A stretch of 42,641 nucleotides of DNA from a virus (Duplodnaviria > Caudoviricetes). A program made the translations under genes and the position numbers. The notes under the pieces were generated by a model. That model searched no databases and had not been told where the DNA came from. It worked only from the letters and a program-made list of their open reading frames with translations. This document shows, one piece after another, positions 34,241-42,641 of the stretch. Numbering within the stretch: position 1 is the first letter of the stretch; each line of letters starts with the position of its first letter. The stretch is taken from the IMG/VR virus record IMGVR_UViG_3300044448_002764, positions 1-42,641 of that record. One strand, written 5' to 3'.

Positions 34241-35803
34241 TTAAATTCTTGCTCCAGTTAACCAGTTAAATATCCTTCTTTTCGCTTTTCCAACTTTTTC
34301 TTCTTTGTTTTTAGACCTAAATTTATATTTTTGATTTCCTTGTGTATATTGAGTTGCTAACCAAAATGCATCAATAGTATCATCATGTGAACCTTTTGGA
34401 AAATCAATTAACTCAGAAATTAATTCATGCATACTTTTTTTAATGTGTACTGCACCTGCTTTAAATAAAGGTTGTAATCCCTCAAACAATCTATCTTTTT
34501 TCTTTTTATTTCCATAATTTTTTATACCCATATTAATACCTGGAAGAAATATTCCTTCATCTTTTGAGCGTCTATTAACATAGTCTCTCAACATTTCTTG
34601 ATAGGTAATTGTCTCTATATTTATTCTTCTAATAGGTTCATATTGTTTGTATGTCTTAAATATTTGTTCAGCACAGTCCATTGGTAAGACTCTTTGTCTC
34701 CAGTAGTCAATAATATAATAATCGTGTTTTTCAGTAACTCCAATAACCATAATAACAGAAAAGTCACTCCTAGTACCAAGAGAAGAAGCGGGGTCAACAC
34801 CAATGTATAGATTAACCAATTCATTTTTTCCGTCATCAGTAGACAAAACCCAACTACCTTCTTCATTATCGAATCTAACATTTCCACTATAATATCCTTT
34901 CTTTATATCTTCTTCACTAAATATAATTTCATCTGGAGAGCGTGCTTCATTCATATACTCTTGATAGAATTTAGATGGAGTACCACTATCAATATAAAAC
35001 TGTCTTCTTTGTTCTATCTTGGATAATGGCCATCTTGAAGGCCATATTGGTTTTTCATTTTCTATAACTTTCTTTGTATAAACTTCCCAACTATATGATT
35101 CTCCACTTTTCTCAGCATCTCTATATGAATCAACTATATTATTTAAAAAAGAATCATAATGTATTATAGTCCCATTACACCATAGAAATCCACCTTTATC
35201 AAAATCAATCGCTGGATATACTGCTGATGTTACCCAATTTTTTATTTGCATTCTAGATTCAGCAGTCTTAGTATTTGTTTCTGATTCAAAGTCATCTAAT
35301 ACAATTCCAGTATAACGAGTAGACAATTCTTTTTTACCTCTAAGTCTTTGAGATGTTCCTTTTGCTATCATACGACAACCATTCTTCAAAACTATTTCTG
35401 CCTTAGTCCATTTACTTCCCTCTAAATCTCCAAAATAATAATGTATAGAAGGATTAGATTCTATATGTGATTGTATCCATCTAAGATTATCTACTGCTTG
35501 GTCTTGTGCTTCTCCAACCCAAGCAATAAATTCAGGCTTCTCTTTGGTTGCAAATAAAAATCTATGTAATATCCCACAAGCAGCTAGTGTTGACTTAGCA
35601 TGGTCACGAGGTAATACCATTGCAAGTTGATGTATATCTCTATCAATTAAAAGTTTTCCAACATCATAATGGAAAGGTGGAGATTTAGTTGCTAAGAAAT
35701 CAGAGGGGCAAAATAGTTGACCAAATTTAATTAAGTCATTATATGCCATGTGTAGAATTTCTTCGTTTTTACTTACATTTCCATTTAAATTTAAATTAGC
35801 CAA
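34241..35803 (-). CDS. terL: Terminase large subunit
   Basis: LPRDHAKST (Walker A), LRG, IVLDDFE (Walker B), GT, FYQEYMN, IGVDPA, HDDTIDA. Likely TTG start at 35803 after GGAG (track start 35818). Confidence 0.95.
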   Translation of the reverse strand: MANLNLNGNVSKNEEILHMAYNDLIKFGQLFCPSDFLATKSPPFHYDVGKLLIDRDIHQLAMVLPRDHAKSTLAACGILHRFLFATKEKPEFIAWVGEAQDQAVDNLRWIQSHIESNPSIHYYFGDLEGSKWTKAEIVLKNGCRMIAKGTSQRLRGKKELSTRYTGIVLDDFESETNTKTAESRMQIKNWVTSAVYPAIDFDKGGFLWCNGTIIHYDSFLNNIVDSYRDAEKSGESYSWEVYTKKVIENEKPIWPSRWPLSKIEQRRQFYIDSGTPSKFYQEYMNEARSPDEIIFSEEDIKKGYYSGNVRFDNEEGSWVLSTDDGKNELVNLYIGVDPASSLGTRSDFSVIMVIGVTEKHDYYIIDYWRQRVLPMDCAEQIFKTYKQYEPIRRINIETITYQEMLRDYVNRRSKDEGIFLPGINMGIKNYGNKKKKDRLFEGLQPLFKAGAVHIKKSMHELISELIDFPKGSHDDTIDAFWLATQYTQGNQKYKFRSKNKEEKVGKAKRRIFNWLTGARI

Positions 35804-35805
35804 TA

Positions 35806-36468
35806 CTATTTTCTCCAATTAGTTAAGACATTATCTTTAACTGAATCCATCTCATCCAATATTCTTTCTAAAAAATCTTCTTTATCTTCACTTGTAAATT
35901 CATATTCTGGATTAGAAGATACTTGCAAAATGCTATCAACCAATGCTTGTCCTCCAGTTCTATTTAGAGGTCCATATCCATGAGCTTCTGCTTCTAATCC
36001 CCAAGGCAATGCATAAGATATATCTCTATTACTTAATACTTTTCCACCCATCTTTATACTCTCTCCACTTAAAGCATCTTCCATAGCCTTCTGCTTAGAA
36101 AAAATATCAATTATTTCTTCATTTGTTTGACCTTGCATCTGTATTCCATGAGGCAACTCAGATATGACATCCTTAAATAAGTCATCTAAATATACTTGAA
36201 CTGTATCTGTAGTATCAATATAATGTTTATAGTCAGCTCTACCTTCCCCCATATCAACTTTCCAGTATGGATTACCTGCTACGGAATTTAACCATGTCAA
36301 TACATCTACTGATGGAACATTCCCTTTAATACTAGATTTTCCAAATACTGTATTATAATCTTCGTGACTCCAATTTTTTTCATCAATTAAATAATCAGAA
36401 AATTCAGTATATTCATCTGGATATAAAATAGATAGTACTCTTTCAAATGAATGTTCTGGTGTGTGCAT
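35806..36468 (-). CDS. Acidic hypothetical protein, possible degenerate zincin-like (SELPHGIQ…EAEAH)
   Basis: ORF track; ExxH…ExEA pattern lacks the first His of HExxH. Confidence 0.5.
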   Translation of the reverse strand: MHTPEHSFERVLSILYPDEYTEFSDYLIDEKNWSHEDYNTVFGKSSIKGNVPSVDVLTWLNSVAGNPYWKVDMGEGRADYKHYIDTTDTVQVYLDDLFKDVISELPHGIQMQGQTNEEIIDIFSKQKAMEDALSGESIKMGGKVLSNRDISYALPWGLEAEAHGYGPLNRTGGQALVDSILQVSSNPEYEFTSEDKEDFLERILDEMDSVKDNVLTNWRK

Positions 36469-36469
36469 A

Positions 36470-37936
36470 TTAATTTAACCCACTTATATTTTTTCCTGCT
36501 TCATAATAAACATCTATTTCGGTTACTGATATAAGGTCGTCAACTCTTAACTCAGCGACAAGAAGGTTCTGTAATTTTACAGTTATAGAATCTCCTGTAA
36601 GAATTCCAATTCCAAACCCATCTATATCATCTGCATTCACTGTACTCCCATATAGTCCAAACTTTGCGAATATTGCTTCAAATTTTTCTTCTCTATAGTC
36701 ATTTGGAGCATCTTCATTATTTTTCTCTATAGCTGCCAAATCTTTTGCAGTTGTTCCTTTAATAGAAGTTAAAGGTAATACGGTGTAAGTTGCTCCAGAT
36801 AAACTAAAAACTAATCCACTCATACTTCCACTAGGAGCAAGAGCATCATTATCAGTCCTACCTCCAAGAGTTAATCTTATATAATAATTCCTGTCATGTG
36901 TTGAAAAGCAATTATTTAAAGCATAAATCAATCTATCTGCGTCTCCTAAAGTTCCCTTAGACACACTATTTAAAGATGTTCCTTTTTTCCTTGCTTTTCC
37001 TCCATATTGAATTATTTGCCCAGTATCCTTTCTATCAACCCAATCTCCTAGAGTCCCAAAGTCATCATCAATGCGAATTGTATCTGTTCCATTTATAATG
37101 TTTTCAAATATCCAACCATCTGGATAAAACCCTTTTAATGAAACCTTTCCACTAGTTTCGTCCAAAATTCTATGCAAATCTCCAAATCTCCATTGAGCCG
37201 TTAAACTTGAAGACTCATCATAATTTCCAAAATCTTCATCAAGAGGACAGGGAGATTCTGCTCCAACTTTAGGTTTTAATGTATTTCCTGTATATATAGC
37301 CGCTATATTAGACCCATCCAAAACTGTATTTCTCCAATAACATAATTCTGCTATATCACAATCAGCCCTCCCTAAATCTACGCAAAGAGTTCTTTCTTTT
37401 GTACTTGGATTTACATATTCTCCTTGTGCTCCTATACAAAATCTTCCAGAATCACTACTGACTGACATTGTTGATGATGAGTATGCTTGATTGACGGTTT
37501 TAATTAAAACAGCATTTTTATAAAATTTAACAGTTATTTGATTAGAACCATTGTCATCTACAGTAACAACCCAATGAGTCCAAGCATCTGTTACATATGA
37601 ATCTGCATCTGTACTAGCTGATACATTCCCTCCATCAACATTGAATGTGAAAGTTACTTTTGAAGCATGAGTAAGACCTGCATCTATACACCAACCTGGA
37701 GCATCATTTCCATCATGAAGTCCAAATACAAAACTAGTTCCTTTTATCCAGAATGCCCATGTTTTATCTACTTGCTGAGTATTATATATTTCAGTTCCTG
37801 TTATTGCTTTACTAGTTGTTAATGTTGCATATGTTCTGCACCATCTAGTTTCTGAATTCATTAGAACTTTCTGAGTATTTGGAAGGCCGTTAGATTTAAC
37901 TCCCATTCCTCCTTTAGCCGCAACACCTCTATACAT
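36470..37936 (-). CDS. LamG/concanavalin A-like domain virion or receptor-binding protein
   Basis: TWAFWIK, WTHWVVT, KFYKNA, FCIGA, IAELCYW…L…IAAIY, WRFGD. Confidence 0.8.
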   Translation of the reverse strand: MYRGVAAKGGMGVKSNGLPNTQKVLMNSETRWCRTYATLTTSKAITGTEIYNTQQVDKTWAFWIKGTSFVFGLHDGNDAPGWCIDAGLTHASKVTFTFNVDGGNVSASTDADSYVTDAWTHWVVTVDDNGSNQITVKFYKNAVLIKTVNQAYSSSTMSVSSDSGRFCIGAQGEYVNPSTKERTLCVDLGRADCDIAELCYWRNTVLDGSNIAAIYTGNTLKPKVGAESPCPLDEDFGNYDESSSLTAQWRFGDLHRILDETSGKVSLKGFYPDGWIFENIINGTDTIRIDDDFGTLGDWVDRKDTGQIIQYGGKARKKGTSLNSVSKGTLGDADRLIYALNNCFSTHDRNYYIRLTLGGRTDNDALAPSGSMSGLVFSLSGATYTVLPLTSIKGTTAKDLAAIEKNNEDAPNDYREEKFEAIFAKFGLYGSTVNADDIDGFGIGILTGDSITVKLQNLLVAELRVDDLISVTEIDVYYEAGKNISGLN

Positions 37937-38207
37937 TTTTTTCTAACTTCCTTAATCTTTTTTCTATCTTATTCATCTTAGATTTAGTAAATATAGGTGG
38001 ATGTGAATCTCTTCCTAATATCGCCAAATCTTTTTCAATATTTTCTTGATTATGTAAAATCTTAGATTGATTTTTTTGTATTTGTTTCATTTGTCTATCT
38101 AATTCATTTGGTTTATGAACATATTTATCTATCTTATTGAGATTAATTTTATATTCAATTGTTTTAATAAGTTTCTTTGCAAGAACTTTTGCTAACCATA
38201 TTTTCAT
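37929..38207 (-). CDS. Basic coiled-coil protein (YVHKPNELD…DSHPP)
   Basis: ORF track; AGGGG SD. Confidence 0.7.
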   Translation of the reverse strand: MKIWLAKVLAKKLIKTIEYKINLNKIDKYVHKPNELDRQMKQIQKNQSKILHNQENIEKDLAILGRDSHPPIFTKSKMNKIEKRLRKLEKNV

Positions 38208-38305
38208 TATTTATCCCCTTTTAGTAAAATATAACCTAAACAGAAGGTTGTTAAGAATCCTGCTATAAAAGCTAGCGACTCCTGTATGAATTCTAAAATT
38301 TCCAA
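38207..38305 (-). CDS. Single-TM micropeptide (32 aa)
   Basis: Hand-translated from TTG: MEILEFIQESLAFIAGFLTTFCLGYILLKGDK; AGGA SD; TAATG coupling. Confidence 0.5.
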   Translation of the reverse strand: MEILEFIQESLAFIAGFLTTFCLGYILLKGDK

Positions 38306-39357
38306 TTTAATCCTGTACTAATATTATATTCCTCTTTTCCATAATAAGACTGTTGCTTTCCTTCTACAAATATTCCAACACGCTCAGTTATATTAGTACC
38401 CAATAGAACTCCAAAATCATATTGTATATCTTCTTGCTCAAATGCTTTATCTGTTAATCCTACAGATTCTGGAAAAACATTAATCCAAATATGTGAATAA
38501 TAATTTTCATTACCCATATAAAAATCTAATCCAACCATAATAGATAATTCTGCTTGCCAATCTTTTGTTTTATTATCTTCATTGTACATATGAACAACAT
38601 GAGGGTAATGATATTCATAAAATTCCTCATCACTTCCAGCTATATATTCTCCATCTGGATTTTCCCAATAATAATTAATTCCTTCATAATAATAAATCCA
38701 ATAACCTTCTTCTGTTACAGGGTCTGTTTCTATCCATAAATAATAATCATCTATAATTCCATTGTCATTCAAATCATGCAAAGGAACCATGTAATCTATA
38801 AATCCATATTCATATGCTAACTCCCACCACACACCTTCATAATCTAATATAGCAGGATGCCCATATATAGGATGTCCTTTTATAGATGTTCCTAATGTTA
38901 AATTTAAATTCTTTATTTTTAAACGATATCTAAAATCAACAGATGTAAATTGCAAATCACGACTTTGTTTGTCAACATATGATATTTTTGTAGCAAAATG
39001 TTTATTAGACCATTTAATCCAATAGTTGTGGTCAGTAAATTCATGTCCTTGATTTCTAATAGAACTAATGGAAAACAAGTATTCTAATCCTTCTACTGCT
39101 CCAAATAAAGCATTGTCACTTAACTCTTCCTCTTCTCCATCATAAAATGAATCTCTATTTTGATAAGGAAATAAAGCAATCTTTCTTATTCCAAAGTTAT
39201 ATTTATAGTCATCTTCAATAGAGTTGTTTCCATTTATATATGGAGTAGACATTGATACAGAGCCGTACATAGTCGCATTATCCAAAAAGTTACTAAAAAC
39301 CAAACTACTAATTGTCGCCAAATATAAAAAACTTCTAACCAATCTTTCATACATCAT
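38293..39357 (-). CDS. Outer-membrane beta-barrel-like protein with signal peptide
   Basis: N-terminal signal (R/R-hydrophobic-VFS), alternating aromatic strands and C-terminal YNISTGLNWKF (BAM-type terminal Phe). Confidence 0.7.
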   Translation of the reverse strand: MMYERLVRSFLYLATISSLVFSNFLDNATMYGSVSMSTPYINGNNSIEDDYKYNFGIRKIALFPYQNRDSFYDGEEEELSDNALFGAVEGLEYLFSISSIRNQGHEFTDHNYWIKWSNKHFATKISYVDKQSRDLQFTSVDFRYRLKIKNLNLTLGTSIKGHPIYGHPAILDYEGVWWELAYEYGFIDYMVPLHDLNDNGIIDDYYLWIETDPVTEEGYWIYYYEGINYYWENPDGEYIAGSDEEFYEYHYPHVVHMYNEDNKTKDWQAELSIMVGLDFYMGNENYYSHIWINVFPESVGLTDKAFEQEDIQYDFGVLLGTNITERVGIFVEGKQQSYYGKEEYNISTGLNWKF

Positions 39358-39371
39358 TACATTATCTCCTA

Positions 39372-40343
39372 TTAATATGTTGTATTATTTAAATAATTAA
39401 ACCAATTATGTATGTCTTCATCTGCTTGCTCCAATTCCTCTATTGAATTATATACACCAAAATGCAAACCCTCATTAACAGCATCTCCATAAGGGTCTTC
39501 TAATACAGAACCACCATACATTGTTGGATATAGTATATAAAGATTTCCTGTTTCATGTTCTGCTGTATCATAAAGGGTTGCGTACTCAGTTAATATATTC
39601 GCTTCCATATCCCATGCTTTTCCATGCTCATCAACCTCTTGATATTCTACTATTGGAAATTCATCAAGAGTCAAATCATATGTTCCTGTATATATATCTA
39701 AATTTGTTGTTCCATTAAAAGATGAAATCATTCCTTCTAAATCATTTAATATAGGAGAAACATATCCTTCAAAAGTTTTATTGTGAAGTTGATTATCAAA
39801 AGCAAAATCAGCATCTTGGTATGCTCCATATGAATTTGGGTCATTTGGATTAACTCCTTTATGATGTTCAATCCATAATTTTTTAACATCTTCATTAGTC
39901 TCTGCTTTATTTCCTTGTCTTATCCAATCCATGCTAGCCTTGACATATCCTGGATTATTAGGTTTATTTAATAAATCTCCTAAATACAATATTGTTTGCT
40001 GAGTAGGAGATAATGTTGTGGCATCATAATTGCTTAAATGAAAATCTTCTATCCATGAAGGGGTATTCATTTCAAATAACTCCATTATTTCCTCAGTTCT
40101 ATTTCTTGCAACACCAGCTCTATTATCTAATGTTCCATCTTTACCTTCAGTAAATTGAAATAACCCTAAATCTCTTGTACCAGATGGGTCATTAACATTT
40201 GTCAATCCAACTGCATTTGGGTCTCCATTAGATTCTACACTAGCAATTTTCCCTATTGTTTCAAGGATGAAAGGTATATCTTTACCCCATTTAACAGATG
40301 CTTCTTCTAATAATCTTTTTAATATTAAATCATCTGAGCTCAT
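39372..40343 (-). CDS. Lysozyme-like / SLT-type muramidase domain protein
   Basis: IASVESNGDPNA…DLGLFQF (catalytic ES and GLxQ motifs); acidic C-terminal domain. Confidence 0.75.
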   Translation of the reverse strand: MSSDDLILKRLLEEASVKWGKDIPFILETIGKIASVESNGDPNAVGLTNVNDPSGTRDLGLFQFTEGKDGTLDNRAGVARNRTEEIMELFEMNTPSWIEDFHLSNYDATTLSPTQQTILYLGDLLNKPNNPGYVKASMDWIRQGNKAETNEDVKKLWIEHHKGVNPNDPNSYGAYQDADFAFDNQLHNKTFEGYVSPILNDLEGMISSFNGTTNLDIYTGTYDLTLDEFPIVEYQEVDEHGKAWDMEANILTEYATLYDTAEHETGNLYILYPTMYGGSVLEDPYGDAVNEGLHFGVYNSIEELEQADEDIHNWFNYLNNTTY

Positions 40344-41045
40344 TCAGAATCTCCCACCACTACTTTTTTCAACCTCTTTTAATCTCTCTTCATAATCTAT
40401 TAATTTATTTTCTATATTATCTAAGCTACCACTCAATGCATTAATAGAATTCTCTAATCCAGATAAATCAATTTCTGGTATATCTATTTCTACATTCTTT
40501 AATTTTTCAAGTTCTGATTTAATATAATCTAAATCAGATTTTAATGGTTTTAAATTATTAACAAGTTCTTTTATTTCAGCAAATGTTTCATCATATTCTT
40601 CTAATTTATAAGTAATTATATCTAAATTCCCTTTACTTTTAATACTTGTTATCTCATTTTGTAAGACATCATATTCTAATCTACTAGGACTATTTGCTGA
40701 TTTTAACTCATCTATAGCACTATTCATTGTAAAGTAAATTCCACAACCAGAAACAATGACTGCTCCTATAGTTACTAGAAATTTTAAATCAAAAGTAAAT
40801 TTACTAGATTCCCCTATTTCTGTTGACATTGGTTTCTCCTTCTTTATTTCTTGACTTGATTGTTCTGTTAAGGCTTCTGCAATATCATCGACACTTACTA
40901 TTTCCATTTCAAGTAGTATTTTGCCTAATTGCACATTTTCGTTACGAAGTATTCTTTTTTCGGATTGTTTTGATAATGCTTTCTTGAGTTGGGTTTTATT
41001 GATGTATCCTAACTTTAATAATAATTCCCCTATCGGCAAAGACAT
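40344..41045 (-). CDS. MshEN-like domain + single TM + coiled-coil membrane protein
   Basis: Two tandem motifs, IGELLLKLGYINKTQLKKALSKQ and LGKILLEMEIVSVDDIAEALTEQ; TM FLVTIGAVIVSGCGIYFTM; heptad-rich C-terminus. Confidence 0.75.
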   Translation of the reverse strand: MSLPIGELLLKLGYINKTQLKKALSKQSEKRILRNENVQLGKILLEMEIVSVDDIAEALTEQSSQEIKKEKPMSTEIGESSKFTFDLKFLVTIGAVIVSGCGIYFTMNSAIDELKSANSPSRLEYDVLQNEITSIKSKGNLDIITYKLEEYDETFAEIKELVNNLKPLKSDLDYIKSELEKLKNVEIDIPEIDLSGLENSINALSGSLDNIENKLIDYEERLKEVEKSSGGRF

Positions 41046-41047
41046 TA

Positions 41048-41617
41048 CTAATATCTACCACCAGAAGATGTAGGTGGTCTCCTTGTTCCTCCCATTCTAC
41101 GAGTTCCAGATGGTGGAGTTCTAAAGTTATCTAACCTTGTATCCCTAAATTGTCCTTTTCTATAGTTTAATGTAGGTCTTTCTCTTCCTGCTGGAGACTG
41201 TTGATTTGTTCTTTGAGAGTTATTTTGTTGTGTTTGATATCCCATTCCTAAGTTTTCTTGAGGGTTTGATGCAATTTGAGTTTTATTTCCAACAACTCTT
41301 TGACTTGCAGATGGAGACATTACTTGTTGCATATTCGATTCTTGATTAGGGAATCTTGATTGAGACTGTGCTATTCCTGGATTTGACATCATTCCATCAA
41401 TAGGTCTCGATACCCCTGTCGGATTTCCTCTTCTTTGCATTGGAGGATTACTTTGAGCTAAATCATGTAAAATATCTTCTGGTAAAGAAGGTGTGTTGAT
41501 AAGTGACATACTCTCATGCACTTGTTTAATTAAATCATTTTGTCCAGAAATAGATACTAATTCTTCTGCAAATAATGACATCTCATCTAAAACTGTTCCT
41601 TTGTATGCTTTTGACAT
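41048..41617 (-). CDS. Low-complexity Q/N/R/P-rich, probably disordered protein
   Basis: ORF track; GGGAG SD. Confidence 0.7.
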   Translation of the reverse strand: MSKAYKGTVLDEMSLFAEELVSISGQNDLIKQVHESMSLINTPSLPEDILHDLAQSNPPMQRRGNPTGVSRPIDGMMSNPGIAQSQSRFPNQESNMQQVMSPSASQRVVGNKTQIASNPQENLGMGYQTQQNNSQRTNQQSPAGRERPTLNYRKGQFRDTRLDNFRTPPSGTRRMGGTRRPPTSSGGRY

Positions 41618-41618
41618 A

Positions 41619-42641
41619 TTATACTCCCATTGCGTAATTACTTAATGTACCTATATTATTTCTACCACCTCTTCTATTAGATAGAGAATCTTGTATTGCA
41701 TCCCAATCGACACTCCAATTAGCCATATTAGAGTAATTGTGTTGACCTGTTCCATATCCCCAATCTCCTAATAAATCACTCCAACCTTCTGGTCTAGACC
41801 ATATATCAGTTGGATTTCCACTTGCTCCATATAATAAATCACTCATTCCAGACCACATATCCCCTTGATTAAGATATTGGTTGAAACTACCACCTGGGTT
41901 AGTTGCATAAGGGTCTAAAAATTCTGGCATATCCCAAGTAGGCATTTCCCCTCTATCCCATAAGTAATTAGCTCCAGGACCAAAATTAACTGAATCAAAT
42001 CCTTCACTCATGAAAGATGGAAGACCTGCACTTATTAAATCTCTCATCCCCATATTACCTCCAGTGGCAAGTTGACCTCCAATAAATGCTCCAGGTAAAT
42101 CCCCTGCGTCCATATTAGGATTATTTGCATAAAAAGGATTAGCCCATTCAGAACCTACTGTTGCATATGATTGAGGGTTTGCTCTGTAGAGCATAGGATT
42201 CTGTAAATTTTGCCCACCAACTTGAGACCATCTTGCTAAAGGATTGTAATTATGAGAGTCCCAGTAGTTCTGTAATCCAGGTGTAAACCAATGGTTCATT
42301 TGCATGTCAAATAAACCTTGTCCTCCACCCCAAGGATTTGTCGATAAGGAAGAATGTAAATTAGGAGCACCATATCCTCCAACCCAATCTTGTAAATATC
42401 CAATATCAGATTGAATATCTGCCCATGGAGTGTCATATGCATCACCCCATCCAGAATATATTCCTTCTGCCCAATTCATGTAATCACTCCACATATTTTG
42501 CATTGGATTCATGTTTGGGTCTCCAGGAGCACCAAATTCTCCGTAACCTGGAGTTGATGGACCATATTGCGATGGACCTCCAAATCCTGGATTAGGTGTA
42601 TAGGGTTGACCTCCTCCTATAAAATCTCCATCATAACCAGA
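41619..42641 (-). CDS. G/W/N/Y/P-rich low-complexity protein, 5'-truncated
   Basis: The frame stays open upstream of the track's Met (42512) to the window edge (SGYDGDFIGGGQPYTPNPGFGGPSQYGP…). Confidence 0.75.
   Translation of the reverse strand, partial: SGYDGDFIGGGQPYTPNPGFGGPSQYGPSTPGYGEFGAPGDPNMNPMQNMWSDYMNWAEGIYSGWGDAYDTPWADIQSDIGYLQDWVGGYGAPNLHSSLSTNPWGGGQGLFDMQMNHWFTPGLQNYWDSHNYNPLARWSQVGGQNLQNPMLYRANPQSYATVGSEWANPFYANNPNMDAGDLPGAFIGGQLATGGNMGMRDLISAGLPSFMSEGFDSVNFGPGANYLWDRGEMPTWDMPEFLDPYATNPGGSFNQYLNQGDMWSGMSDLLYGASGNPTDIWSRPEGWSDLLGDWGYGTGQHNYSNMANWSVDWDAIQDSLSNRRGGRNNIGTLSNYAMGV

Noticed and set aside
12876-39718. Many + strand ORFs opposite the late genes (e.g. 15165-15758, 20038-20442, 26459-26809, 27532-27969), and - strand ORFs opposite the early genes
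   Set aside because: They are antisense shadows of real genes, with F/L/S-rich translations and no SD.
41619-42512. GW/WG motifs as Argonaute hooks
   Set aside because: Few true GW repeats and no Argonaute in the window; the eukaryotic analogy is unsupported.
1-42641. Alternative genetic code or stop-codon reassignment
   Set aside because: Long genes are intact in code 11 and all three stops terminate coupled genes.

Overview
This window is an AT-rich fragment of a tailed dsDNA phage genome, podovirus-like with P22-type portal and tail parts and an SU10/DUF5309-type capsid. ORFs are cut at both ends, so the genome is incomplete. The + strand (1-12186) is an early/replication arm with Zn-finger microproteins, an RNAP alpha-CTD-like protein, AbrB, Gp88-like, Cas4-like nuclease, Sak/Rad52 annealase, SSB, Dam-family methylase, DnaB and RuvC-like resolvase. 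The - strand (12179-42641) is the late arm with low-complexity proteins, an MshEN-TM-coiled-coil protein, an SLT-like muramidase, a beta-barrel outer-membrane protein, LamG, TerL, portal, scaffold, capsid, adaptors, a phosphoesterase, a holin-like protein, tail tube and two giant (~1500 aa) ejection-type proteins. Four things stand out. (1) About 1.3 kb of densely base-paired non-coding sequence in two blocks (907-1430, 1773-2570) flanks the alpha-CTD-like gene; each block opens with a boxA-like motif and closes with a shared AAATTTTTA+SD motif, making a candidate RNA-based transcription-control system. (2) There is an envelope module whose membrane protein carries a c-di-GMP-binding-type MshEN domain and a second internal start. 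(3) A candidate small RNA exposes anti-SD-like sequence. (4) GATC appears to be avoided throughout. All calls come from reading motifs by eye; no searches or folding programs were run.
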